DNA from: Octopus sinensis
Lineage: Eukaryota
DNA length: 64,000 nt
Reading direction: 5' to 3'
Assembly: GCF_006345805.1 (NCBI RefSeq)
Contig: NC_043001.1
Span: 61,814,001-61,878,000 of the forward strand
Under the pieces are notes generated by a model that saw nothing but the letters and a program-made list of their open reading frames with translations, was not told the origin of the DNA and searched no databases. How positions within the stretch are numbered: the first letter of the stretch is position 1; the number at the start of each line of letters is the position of its first letter. A program made the position numbers and the translations under genes. Below are positions 1 to 13,709 of the stretch, one piece after another.

Positions 1-67
1 ACATATATATACGTGTGTGTGTTTACACACACATACATACACATATATGCATATATTTGTGTGTGTG

Positions 68-103
<36 letters not shown>

Positions 104-744
104 TATATAGATATATATATATATAATATATATATATATATATAATATATATATATATATATGTATGTATATACGCATGCAGAAGTTGTGTACCTGTCTA
201 TGTCTAAACACTTTTAATGAAGTACAATTTTTTTTTTGTACATCAAGTATAAAACCCATTTCGTTTGTTATTTCAATTCTACGAATGAAAATGGAATCGT
301 ATTACAAATTTATTTTGTTGGTGCTTTTAGTGTATTTATTTTGTTTTTAAAGATGTTATTATTCATTATTTTTTATGTCGAAATCATGTTGAAATATCTT
401 ACCACGTTAAGCAATCTACAATACAGTTTTCAAATATATGTGAATCAGTTCTGTCAAAAAAAATATTCAGCTACCTGTCTTTATATAATAATTGTTCACT
501 GGTGCATCTTACAGAACACATGAAAACCTTCCATTAGCACGGAAGTCATTTTAATCTGGAAAGCAAATCTAACACAACACATGCGAATAGATATAGGCAC
601 GCGCGTGTACCTCAGCATTTTCTATACGTCTACGAGTAATATAAATTGTATATGAATTATATAGATATATATAAATCTCATATGCCTATATATTAATATT
701 TGAATACATAATATATAACATAATTTTATACACATATTTCAGTA

Positions 745-2865
<2,121 letters not shown>

Positions 2866-3000
2866 AGTAAAACCATGTAGCAACACCAAATGGCGGTGCC
2901 CCAGCATGGCCACAGCTCATGAGCTGAAACTAGAATCAATCAATCAATCAATCATATATATATATATTATATATATATATATCATGTATGTATGTATGTA

Positions 3001-3577
3001 TGGGTACAGGACGTCATAAAACGTAGATTCTTTTTTCTCTCCTTCACCGTTTTCTATCTATCTCTCTCTCTCCCTCTTTCTCTTTTACTCGCTTGTTGCT
3101 CACATGTGACCATCGTCCATGTTTCTTTTCCAGACGCGTTCATCTTTTTTCTTTCGGTCTGTTGCACGGACCAGACTCATTCTTGTATGTTTCCTCTCCT
3201 ATCTTTTCTCATGTCAAATAATGTTCCTCAGCATTCGCCACCTTAACTCATGTGGCTTAGTAGGCCTCACTATTTGTTTCATTGTACTGTTTTTGTTACG
3301 AATTTTGAACCTCCGCACATCGCAATTTTTTTTTAATTTGCGGGAGCAACTGTTTTCTCGAAGGCACGTATTGTCATGAATTGCTCGAAATGTGGAGTAG
3401 ATAAATAGCCAACAACTGATGAAGGGTCTTTCTTTATGTTACTTGTCTTCTTTTCCATTTGTTTCTCTCGTTGTTCGCATAAAAATGTTTGTCTTCTTAT
3501 TTCACATTGGCTTTCGTATTTCGGAGTTCATGTTTTCGTATATCATGTTGTTTACGTTTTGTGACGTCCTGTACCCA
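3001..3577. mobile_element. MITE with 25-bp terminal inverted repeats
   Basis: TGGGTACAGGACGTCATAAAACGTA (3001-3025) vs TACGTTTTGTGACGTCCTGTACCCA (3553-3577), 1 mismatch; non-coding interior; TA-rich flanks. Confidence 0.8.
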
Positions 3578-3602
3578 CATATGCATATATATATATATAT
3601 AT

Positions 3603-3696
<94 letters not shown>

Positions 3697-3780
3697 CATA
3701 CATATAAATGTCAGTACGTATGTGAATATGTATATATGTATGCATGTAAGTTAATATACATTCCTGCTACACGAAAGTAC

Positions 3781-3811
<31 letters not shown>

Positions 3812-3948
3812 CAAAATTTAGAGGACTGACCACTTTAGTGGTGAAGTCCTCTAAATTTTGTATGTAACACAATTTTAATTTTCGAATTTTTTTAAATATG
3901 CTAAGACACTGGTTTTAATTGACTAATATCAATTTCTACCCTTATTAT

Positions 3949-4012
<64 letters not shown>

Positions 4013-4386
4013 GCACGAAATAGCATACAGTTCCAATTTTCCCTAAATATACTCAAGCGTCATATTCTACAGGCGAATATGATTCCAACAACATTTCAAA
4101 CTTGAAATGCAAACACATATATTAATACATGCTGTGTAGAGTACGAATTGATATGTATGTGTGAATGTTAGTGTGTGTGTGTGTGTGTGTGCGTATGTAT
4201 GTTTGTGTGTGTGCGCCTGTGTATGTGTGTGTATGTGCCTGCTTGTGTGTGTGCGTGCGCGTGTGTGTGTGAGTGTTAGTGTGCTTGTATGTGTGTTTCA
4301 ACGAGAAGCTAAGTTCCTGTATCCAATCTACAAAATTTTAATTTACCTGATGTCGATTACCTGATGTTGAATGATTATATATATGA

Positions 4387-4439
<53 letters not shown>

Positions 4440-4443
<4 letters not shown>

Positions 4444-5280
4444 TAATCCAAACAAGAAAACAAAAAAACAACAACGCAAGGATGTGGAACAAATAAAGTA
4501 TTATTGGACGCTCAGGAAAGAAGGGAAGAAGGAGGGTTTGACGTTTCGAGCGGAACTCTTCGTCGGAAACATAGGAGAAAGAAACATCCCGAGACGGGAG
4601 GACAGAGGAAAAAAAATAGCAGGTAGTCTACACGAGGTCACATACTAAAAAGACGGAAGTGGTCAAAAGGAAGGAAAAGTGTTTTTTAAAAACAAAAGAG
4701 TGGAATCAGAAAATGAATGGTAAAAAAGGTGTGCGAGATGACAAGGGTGTGTGTGTGAGTGTGTGCGTGTGTGTGTATGTGTGTGTATGGTGGACGATGG
4801 CTACTAGCAAGCTGTAGTGGAATGGTGGACGATGGCTGGTAGCAGGCAGTAGGGAATTAAGGAGTGGGTGAGGGTACCCTAGTAAGTCAGAAAGGCAGGT
4901 CAGAAACAGGGAGGTATGTGTGTGTGCGTGTATATGTATCGTGTGTGTGTTTTATTGGAGTATGTGTGTGTGTACGTGTGCGTTTTTTGTGTGTATGGCG
5001 AGTAAGTGTGCTTAGACTTAGTGTATGTGTGCGTGTGTGCTTGTACGTGCGTGTGTGTGTATATATACTATGTATGATTGTGTGCGAGTGTGCGTATGTC
5101 TGTGTGTGTCTGTGCTTATATGTGTGTACGTATGTGTATGTGTGCGTGCGCGTGGAGGTATATGTTGTGTGTATGTATATGTGTCGGTGTGTGTGTGAAT
5201 TAGTGGGTGTTTGTACGTGTGTATGTCTGTGTGCGTGTATTGTAATTATATGTAAATGTGTGTGTGTACGTGCGTGGGAG
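4440..5280 (-). mobile_element. Penelope-like element 3' terminal/UTR remnant
   Basis: Hammerhead-like motif at 4536-4570 (-), pyrimidine/CA-rich UTR-like sequence on the minus strand, ends in (TA)n. Confidence 0.55.
4536..4570 (-). ncRNA. Minimal type I hammerhead ribozyme-like motif (U4C core variant)
   Basis: Minus strand: GTTT-CCGACGA-A-GAG-TTCCG-CTC-GAAAC-GTC-AAAC; stem I GUUU/AAAC, stem II GAG/CUC. Confidence 0.55.
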
Positions 5281-5283
5281 TGA

Positions 5284-6445
5284 ATGTATGTATGTGCGCG
5301 TGCGTACAAATGTGTGTATATATGTTTGCATATATATACACACATACACACGCACACACACATACATACATACACACATATACATATATATATGTCCGCA
5401 TGCGTGCATACATATGCACGCAAAGACATACTTCGCAACCGAAGGACAGATGGAAAAGACTATCGTGGTGCGGGCGCATGCGAAACTACAGGCCCACACG
5501 CGCGCCCAAAATAAAGCCAGACCCCCAAAGGCATGCGTGCATGCATGTATGTATGTGTACGTGCGAGCGCGCATGCATGTGTGTGCGTGTGCATGCGAGT
5601 GTGTATGTAGGTATGTGTGTGTGTATGTATATGTGTATGTGTGAGTGTGTAGGTGTGTATGCCTGTGTGTATGTATGTCCGTATGAGTGTATGTAAGTAT
5701 GTGTGTGTATATGTGTATATGTGTGTGCGTGTATGTATGTATGTGTGTGTATGTATGTATGCATGTGTGTGTGTATGTGTGTATGTGTGTATGTATGTAT
5801 GTGTGTATGTGTGTAAGTGTGTGTATGTATGTGTGTGTGTATGTGTGCATGCGTGTATGTGTGTGTATGTATGTATGTATGTGTGCATGCGTGTATGTGT
5901 GTATGTGTGTGTGTATGTATGTATGCATGTGTGCATGCATGTGCGTATGTATGTGTGTGTATGCATGTGTGTGTATGCATGTGTGTGTATATGTGTATGT
6001 GCGTATATGTGTGTGTGTGTATGTGTGTGTGTATGTATGTGTGTGTGCGTGTGTGTATATATGTATGTGTGTATGTATGTATGTGTGTGTATGTGTATGT
6101 TTGTGTGTGTGTGTATGTATGTGGTATGTACGAATGAAAGTATGAATGTATGTATGTATGTGTACGTATGTGTGTGTGTGTGAATGTATGCGTGTGTGCG
6201 TGGGGGTTTCCTCTGGAGTTGTGTGGGCGTAATGTATGTATGTATGCGTGTGTGTGTATGTATGCGTGTGCGTGTGTTTGTGGGTTGTATCTGTGTATGT
6301 GTGTGTGTATGTGTGTATGTATGTATGTGAGAGCGTATGGGTGTACGTCTGTATGTATGTATGTCTTGTGTATGTATGTATGTGTGTATGTGTGTATGTG
6401 TGTAGGTATAAGCGTAATGTATGTATGTATGCGTGTGTGTGTGTA
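5284..6445. repeat. ~1.1-kb compound (TG/TATG/TGTA)n low-complexity array
   Basis: Direct reading; source of the poly-His-Thr and Val-Cys ORFs. Confidence 0.95.
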
Positions 6446-6597
6446 GTTAGACTTGCAGGTGTCGCTACTGATCGTCCCATTTCGAAGGCTTTTATTTACC
6501 TAGTTTCAGTGGAATACATCCACTTGTTTTCAATAATAGAAATATTAAAATTACTAAGTCTCTCTAAAGGAGATTACGACAGCGTTACTGGAAATTA

Positions 6598-7024
6598 ATA
6601 GTTATCGCCATACTAATATGGCAGTCTTATAAATATAATGTCCGGCTGTCGCTGATTAGCTCCATGAGGCCATCGCCTTAAGCTAGCTATTTAACACACA
6701 AACTGCGTTCATTTTAAACCTTCGAACAAGGGAGGTCAGCCGCTTCATCCTGCCAGTCAGACAGCTACAGACGACGTTTCAGGGTTGTTGCCCCTTATCA
6801 ATGCAGCGTAGTCAGACTTGCATTGATAAGGGGCAACAACCCTGAAACGTCGTCTGTAGCTGTCTGACTGGCAGGATGAAGCGGCTGACCTCCCTTGTTC
6901 GAAGGTTTAAAATGGACGCAGTTTGTGTGTCAAATAGCTAGCTTAAGGCGATGGCCTCATGGCGCTAATCAGCGACAACTTTAGTCTTATATTTATAAGA
7001 CTGCCATATTAGTATGGCGATAAC

Positions 7025-7027
<3 letters not shown>
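6598..7027. repeat. 430-bp near-perfect palindrome, probable inverted Penelope-like termini
   Basis: Arms 6598-6804 and 6820-7027 are reverse complements with few mismatches around a 15-nt spacer. Confidence 0.95.
6810..6869 (+). ncRNA. Minimal hammerhead ribozyme-like motif, U3-A8 covariant core (mirror copy on the minus strand at about 6764-6807)
   Basis: AGTCAGAC-T-TGCA-[TTGATAA]-GGGG-CAACAA-CCCT-[GAAAC]-GTC-[GTC]-TGTA-GCT-GTCTGACT; stems I, II and a short stem III all pair. Confidence 0.65.
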
Positions 7028-7085
<58 letters not shown>

Positions 7086-7429
7086 TGTGTGTCTGTGTAT
7101 GTATGTATGTATGTATGTATGTATGTATGTATGTATGTATGTATGTATGTATGTATGTGTATATAAAGGATCAAGGAAGGTGGCGCGCCGGTAGTTCTCT
7201 CTTCTATCTCCTCCAGCATTGGATCCTTTGATTTTAAGTGCCACCCATCTGATCTGCGGCTGTCCTCCGTAGAATATCATCTTGAAAAGCATACTTAACA
7301 AAAGGGTGGATGAACCAATTGTACGAATACATATCTAGGAAAATGCAGTTCCTGGTTAGTGTCCGGCTGTTAAACCAATCGGATTGAAGCACACGTTAAC
7401 CTTTGTTAAAGACTAAGTACTCTATGTCC

Positions 7430-9047
7430 ACAATTTCATTGTGATATAACTTGAATGACTCAAAGACAAGCTTCTCTTTTCTCTTGAGATGTGTGATGAA
7501 GTACAATTTTTCGAATTTGGGGACCTATGAAGATACCTTTCATTTTAGCTTGACTCAGGAAAGGGAACTTTTCTACAAAATATGCAAATGCGGGGGATTC
7601 CTTGTCCAAGGCTTTAACAAATTGCTTAAACAAACCAAGTTTAATATGCAAAGGTGGTAAAAGAATTCTATCAATTTTCACAAGTGGTTTGTGCATGATA
7701 TTGTTTTCCGTACTCAATTTCATCGGCCAATCCTTGCGTACATAATGTTCAGCTCTTGCTCTGGAATTCCATAAGCACAGGAAGCAGCAGAATTTAGCAA
7801 AGCCAAGCTGAAGGCCAGTAAGCATGGCCACAACCTTAAAATCTGCACAAATATGCCAGGTATGGTCATCATACTGTGTGCTTGTTAGAATTGCTTTCAG
7901 ATTTTCATGATTCTTTCGTGGGTGTGCTGTAAACTATGGGAACAGAAGGCAGAATGTTACCATTGTATAGCAGAACAGCTTGGATGCTGTCCTAGGATGC
8001 ATCTATGAAAAGTCGCCAGTTGGTTTTATCATATGGTATTTTCAGTTGCTCAAAAAGTTCAGTGATATCATTACAAAAGCACAAGTCATCCTTCATGGTG
8101 AATAATGCAAGCAAATCTTCTGTACGTTTTCTGTACAGTGTTATCTTCAACCCCTTCTCAAGAAGATTACGTTATTGAAGCCTTGATGCCAGGAACTCAC
8201 TTTTCTCTTTGGTTAAATAGAGATCCCTGCACAAGTCATTTAGAGCCTTTTGAGAAAACGGTATTGATTTATTCTCGCTTTCTGGATCATTGGGCTCCAC
8301 ACATTCACCACTGGAATGTTCATCAGCACTGCTGGAACTCTGCATTTCTTGATCTGGTGGTTTGGGCACAGGTAAATTATCTGAGTGCTCTACTGGGCGC
8401 ATTGGTGATCGTAAATTTTGATAAACAATATGTTTCTTTTCCTTTGCTGTAGTACAGCCTGTAAAGTCATGGTGACAGAAATAGCAATCATTAGAGTGAT
8501 CTTTCTGCTCACGCCAAATCATTGGCACACCAAACTTTATGTGAACATTTTTTCCTGCGTACCAGGCACTCAATGTCTTCACACATGTAAGGCAACACAC
8601 ATGAGGAGTCCATGACTTATCCTGGTCTCCCAAGTAACAATTGAAGTACGCCTTGTATATTTTCTTGATATGGCGTGTAATACTGTGCTTTTTTTTTTTT
8701 AGCAAAAATCAATTCCCCACAGATATAACAGAATCTGTTTGGATCATTCTTGCACTGTCTTGCACTTATTGTTGAAAACAAATAAGATCTGAAAGATAAA
8801 AAATAACATTAAACACAAGCTTTGAATCTCATTGTAGGTGTTACTAAGATTGGTCTCTAGCCCTGGGTTGAAACTCATTTTACAATGCGGTAGAGAATTT
8901 TATTTAATAACAATGACAAAAAGAGTATACAGTGACAATTCTGTAGAAACCATGCCTAATTCAACAAAAAGAAGGCAAGATATGGATTTCCCATGTCATT
9001 TTTCATATAAAAATGGCCACAGATCTTTTTTTGAGTGTTGCACAGTG
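7430..9047 (-). mobile_element. Chapaev (Chapaev3-like) DNA transposon, 3'-truncated, transposase pseudogene
   Basis: Minus-strand motifs FCYICGE, PHVCCLTC, FGVPMIWREQKDHSNDCYFC, NDLCRDLYLTKEKSEFLASRL, WRLFID, WHICADFKVV, LLPPLHIKLGLFKQFVKAL; terminus CACTGTG at 9047; frameshift in the A-run near 8690-8701. Confidence 0.8.
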
Positions 9048-9649
9048 AATTAAGCCAACTAAATATATTTCAATTATATCGTGTAGAATTAATTTCTTAC
9101 GTATAATAGGAATTCATTTTTACTTATTCGACTGATTTAAAATGTTAATTAGCTTTTGTACTTACACAACAGATTAAAATCATGACGGGATACTCTAATA
9201 TGGAAAAGTCAATACCCATTTACTTAGAAATTTTAGAAAACCTTTCTTGATATTATTGTCAAGTAATTTATGCTAGAGGCACGGAAGGTTATTGTTATAT
9301 CAGTGACTTATGGAGGTATTCTGAAATACTATCGCTATTTTGATATTCGGCACGACAGAAATAATGTTATAACAAGTGCATTAATTTATATACGTTCGTG
9401 ACTAGAATCCTAATTTCTATAATATGAGTCAAGGTCATTAGTTTGATTGATTGTTGATACCATAATTAATGGTATATGCAATATAAATGACGAAAACTTA
9501 ATGTATTTATATGTGTATGACTTAATGTAATTTACATTTATTCGCTATAAATAACATTATAGAACCTTTATTAAGTTATGTTGCTGTAATTCGTAATGCG
9601 TATCCCAAGACCACAAAGAACAGAAATGGTACAAGAGCGTACTCCTACA

Positions 9650-10300
9650 AAAATCTCATAGAAATTTCTAAAGTCATCAGATAATAAAATCTGAATGACG
9701 GTAACTTTGTAGACAGTATCATTGCAGCTACTATGGTATTCGGGATATCCAAGTTTGAATCGATGGGTTGAGTCAAAAACATCAAATGCAAAAGAAACAA
9801 TTTTCTAAACAGCTTCTCCAAAAGTAGATTTCATACTACAACTGTTCTTACTGATACAGGTTGGTCAGATTATATAGCTCTTTATTCTAATACTACATAC
9901 GAGGCTTCACTACCACTTCAACGATTTGAGAAAGCAGAAAAACAGATCGAACTGTGTGTCAATGACGATAACATTGGCTTTATTGTAAAAATTGTGTAAA
10001 TGACTCCAAGTAATACGTATCGCTGATAGAAAGCCCAGAAAGAGATACAATAAAATAAGAACTGAAATTACATTCTCAGTAAAAAGCAAGAACGCTCAAT
10101 AGCGAACACAAAGTTCACAATACGGGATCCAAATCTAATAGTCTCGATTTTTAGAGCAACTGTAGAAAACATATTGATATATTAACCTGCCCGACACTTA
10201 CAAAAGTAATAGGAAACAGACTAAATGAAATAAAAAATGTTTCTTGGGATCAGCATTTATAGAGAATACCATGATTGTAGCTAGGAGTGGTTAGACCTTT
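9650..10300 (+). mobile_element. Highly degraded RTE-clade LINE RT fragment
   Basis: Translations SDYIALYSNT...EKAEKQIELCVN and IFRATVENILIY resemble RTE YADDIALL/KAAAEIGLHVN and FRATVESVLLY. Confidence 0.55.
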
Positions 10301-11476
10301 GTATTATCTTAACAAAAGACTGAATTCCGCATTTTTCTGATCATGACTATGGAAAAAAAAATTAGGGTCTGCACTATGAATAAAGTGCTGACCCCCTTTT
10401 CTCTTCCAGTCGTGACTTGCCATCTCTAATGCCGGGTTTTAAATAATTCCTAATTTAAACTAACAGGAAGAATGGCCAAGGTGTTTGGGGTTGCTATTTG
10501 GTACTGGCATTGCTGGTCTTAAGGATAGGTGGACTGTTTAGTCTTTTATAATTAATTCTACGTATAACACCAGCTATGTTAGGAGTAGTATAGTATGATA
10601 GTTTAACGGAGTAGGGATTTAAAATCTAATGATTTGGTTATGTGATGTACAGATCAGTTATAAAATAACTTTCTCTGCTCATAAAGAAAGGACATAATTC
10701 CCATCAGACAATTCTTGTTACTCTTTCTTAATTTGTACTTAATGATAGTTTCTTAAGGTGCCTCACTTGCCCGCGCCTTTAGCATCTTACTCTATTTAAC
10801 ATCATTTAGTGTAATAGTAATTTTCATGATAGACTCCTCACCTACTACACTACCTTTCTATGTTACTACAACGTAGTTTTGTACTGCTTTGACTAAATAT
10901 AGTATGTCTCCCATGTTTCTGATAGTTCACTTCTTACAGTAGTTACTTTCTAATTCCTGTCAATTTATATATTTTTAATCTCTGTTCTTCATCCGCTGTT
11001 TCATTTCTTTTTTCAGTTATTGATACTGACTATCCTATCTGCACACATCTGCTTGAAAACTACATTCTAATTATGATATAAATGAATGTATTTTCCGGAT
11101 TTGTTTGCAAGGAATTTATGAGTATACATTTATGCATTTTTAACCATACATTTAAACTTTGTTAACCCGTCTCATGTCAGTGCTTTTTTATCTTTAACTG
11201 TTTTTTCTGTCCTTCTATTCAATGATCGTCTAGCGTATTGTGCGTATGTATGCTTATGTGTATTTGAGCAAGTATTCGGCATTATACATTTATTGTTCTG
11301 ATATATCTGTTTGTAAATATTTATGTCTAAGGGTATATGTATGTATTTTTGTGAGTATGCGCGTGAGCCGAGTATATATATATATATATATTGATAGTTT
11401 TATGTTTGACAGTGGATACACCTAAGAATATATATAAGTATATGTATACATAAAAGTGTTTATATATGTGTGTGCT

Positions 11477-11522
<46 letters not shown>

Positions 11523-11683
11523 AAAGTAAGATAGGTGTAACCCACTATGGGATATCATTTATCCAATATACTGCTGATAAAATACCCAAATTCTTAATAC
11601 ATAATTGTTTTTAATTACAATGCAATTACGTCATTTATTGCATTAAACGGGTGAAGGTAAAGAAATATTTTTACCGTAATATA

Positions 11684-12234
11684 ATACAAATAAGAAAATG
11701 GAGAAACAAATTTGGTTTGTTCATCAACTTACGGATATTATAATGTTGGATTATTTATTCATTTTACAAATGAGAAGATCAAAGCATACAAAAATATTAA
11801 TTCTTTGATGTAATAGTCCTTGGTTGGTATGGGTATATCTTTTAGTGATGAATCAATCCGTATCTTCTCCATCACCGATAACCCCTATCTTACTTTGTAC
11901 TATAAAGTTAATTATTTGAGGAATATCTATTACTAATACTTGTATATGTATGAATTATCTATGCAATATTTGGAGTATTGCTAGTATAAGTGAATGCATT
12001 TAAGTATAGTATATTAATCCCTCAAAATGAATACTTTTTGAAAAATGGAGAAAATACAGATTGATTCATCAGTAAAAGATATACCCATACCAACCAAGGA
12101 CTATTACATCAAAGAATTAATATTTTTGTATGCTTTTGTTGTTCTATTTATAAAAATGAATAAATAATCCAACATTATAATATCCGTAATTTGATGAACA
12201 AACCAAATTTGTTTCTCCATTTTCTTATTTGTAT
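11684..12234. repeat. Inverted repeat with ~190-bp arms (11684-11872 and 12044-12234)
   Basis: Direct reverse-complement comparison, few mismatches. Confidence 0.9.
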
Positions 12235-12389
12235 CATTCATATATATATATATATATATAATATATATATATATGATACAAATACATTAAAAGAACCGTA
12301 AAGGTTCTTTTAATATACTGCCACACTTCCTGATGGAATTCTTTTCTGTAGAGAAAAAACTTCATCCTTTTTAATAGTAGTAGTAGTAG

Positions 12390-12463
<74 letters not shown>

Positions 12464-12484
12464 TATATACATATATATATATAT

Positions 12485-13420
12485 TAGATAAAATGAGATA
12501 ACAAAGCCAAGGCTATGAGTTTACACGACAATAATAAAAAAGAGATATAGATATAGTCTTACAGCTGTTTCTGGGATATTATTGATATCCATTCATGAGA
12601 GACGATGTGAGAGGTAAATATTTGAGTTCGTAATAAGCGATTATTATGGAAAAGGAGGACTTAGGGAATATAGAGCAAATACAAGAGAATGAAAGTAGAA
12701 ATAAAATATAAAATATTGTAGTTGCAGTTCCATTATTCGACTAAAGTGGTAAAAAATGTTTCCTGTACATGATATGTAAGTTCCAATAGCAGTTCATGTT
12801 TAATCATTTCAAAGTATGGAGTTGTGGATTCTGTGTTGCTCGTTCGAAGAGGTTTTGTGGTGTGAATGAAAATATGAGAATTTATTAGTAGTATTTGTAG
12901 ATAGATAAAGGGGGAGATGTGTATGATTAGAATTAGGAGTAGGTCAAAATGAAGACAGGAAGCGAAAATGAGAGGAAGAAAGAGAGAAAAGAAGAAAAAG
13001 AAAAAGGAAAAAAAGAAATAAGAAATAAAGATAGGGAGAGAAAAGACAAAAAAGTGAAAGGAATGAAAAAAGTGAAGAAAGGGTGAAAAAAGTGAGGAAG
13101 AGAGTGTTAGTTCGTGGTCAAGATAATGTGAGGGGAGAATAGGAGAGGAGTGGGGGTGGCTAGGAAGAGATGAGAAGGTAAGAAGTGAATAAGTGAGACA
13201 TGTGAGTAGGAGTGATATGATAGGGCTGCCTTAAGGGATGCGTAGAGAAATGGTATGGGTGGGGTAATACCCTACTAAATGAGTAGTAGTTTTAGTAGTA
13301 ACATTTAAGGTGGGAAGAATACAAAGGTGTCAAATTTCTATAAATAGACGTACGTGATAGGTTGGTGTAATAGGTATGAATCAGAGAGGAGGAAAGAATG
13401 TATATTTGAAATGTACGCGT
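12485..13420 (-). mobile_element. Penelope-like element 3' UTR/terminus
   Basis: Degenerate hammerhead at 12556-12605; terminus homologous to 22190-22340 and 44750-44875; purine-rich + strand. Confidence 0.6.
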
Positions 13421-13579
13421 ACGTATGTCCTTGGGGCTGTCCAGATTGGGGCAATCTCGAGTATAACCAGCTGAAATTGCAGAGATAATCTGGAACTCGA
13501 CTGAGGAAAGAAAACTCCGAATGACCCGTCCTTGTTTTCTCTGGACTGTCTATCTGGATGTTTTGTTGTCCCTTTTTTG

Positions 13580-13670
<91 letters not shown>

Positions 13671-13709
13671 GCATGTGTCTCTCTATGTGTATCATTCAAA
13701 GTGTAGAGC

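Noticed and set aside
3826-3850. CTGA-CCAC-TTTA-GTGG-TGAA-GTC as a hammerhead
   Set aside because: Core lacks NGA and GAAA; better explained as a simple hairpin.
4864-6480. Long His/Thr- and Val/Cys-rich ORFs (up to 426 aa)
   Set aside because: Translations of TG/TATG microsatellite arrays, open in several frames on both strands. The same applies to the IYIY, LSIY, poly-I/L and poly-A/V ORFs across the window.
6993-7301. ORF MLFKMIFYGGQPQIRWV... as an exon or Tx1 fragment
   Set aside because: Short unique part running into microsatellite; no clear splice sites and only vague similarity.
13495-13535. CTGAGGA...CTCCGAATGACCCGTC as a hammerhead
   Set aside because: Sits in a PLE-like terminus but has GAAU rather than GAAA, and stems I and II do not pair convincingly.
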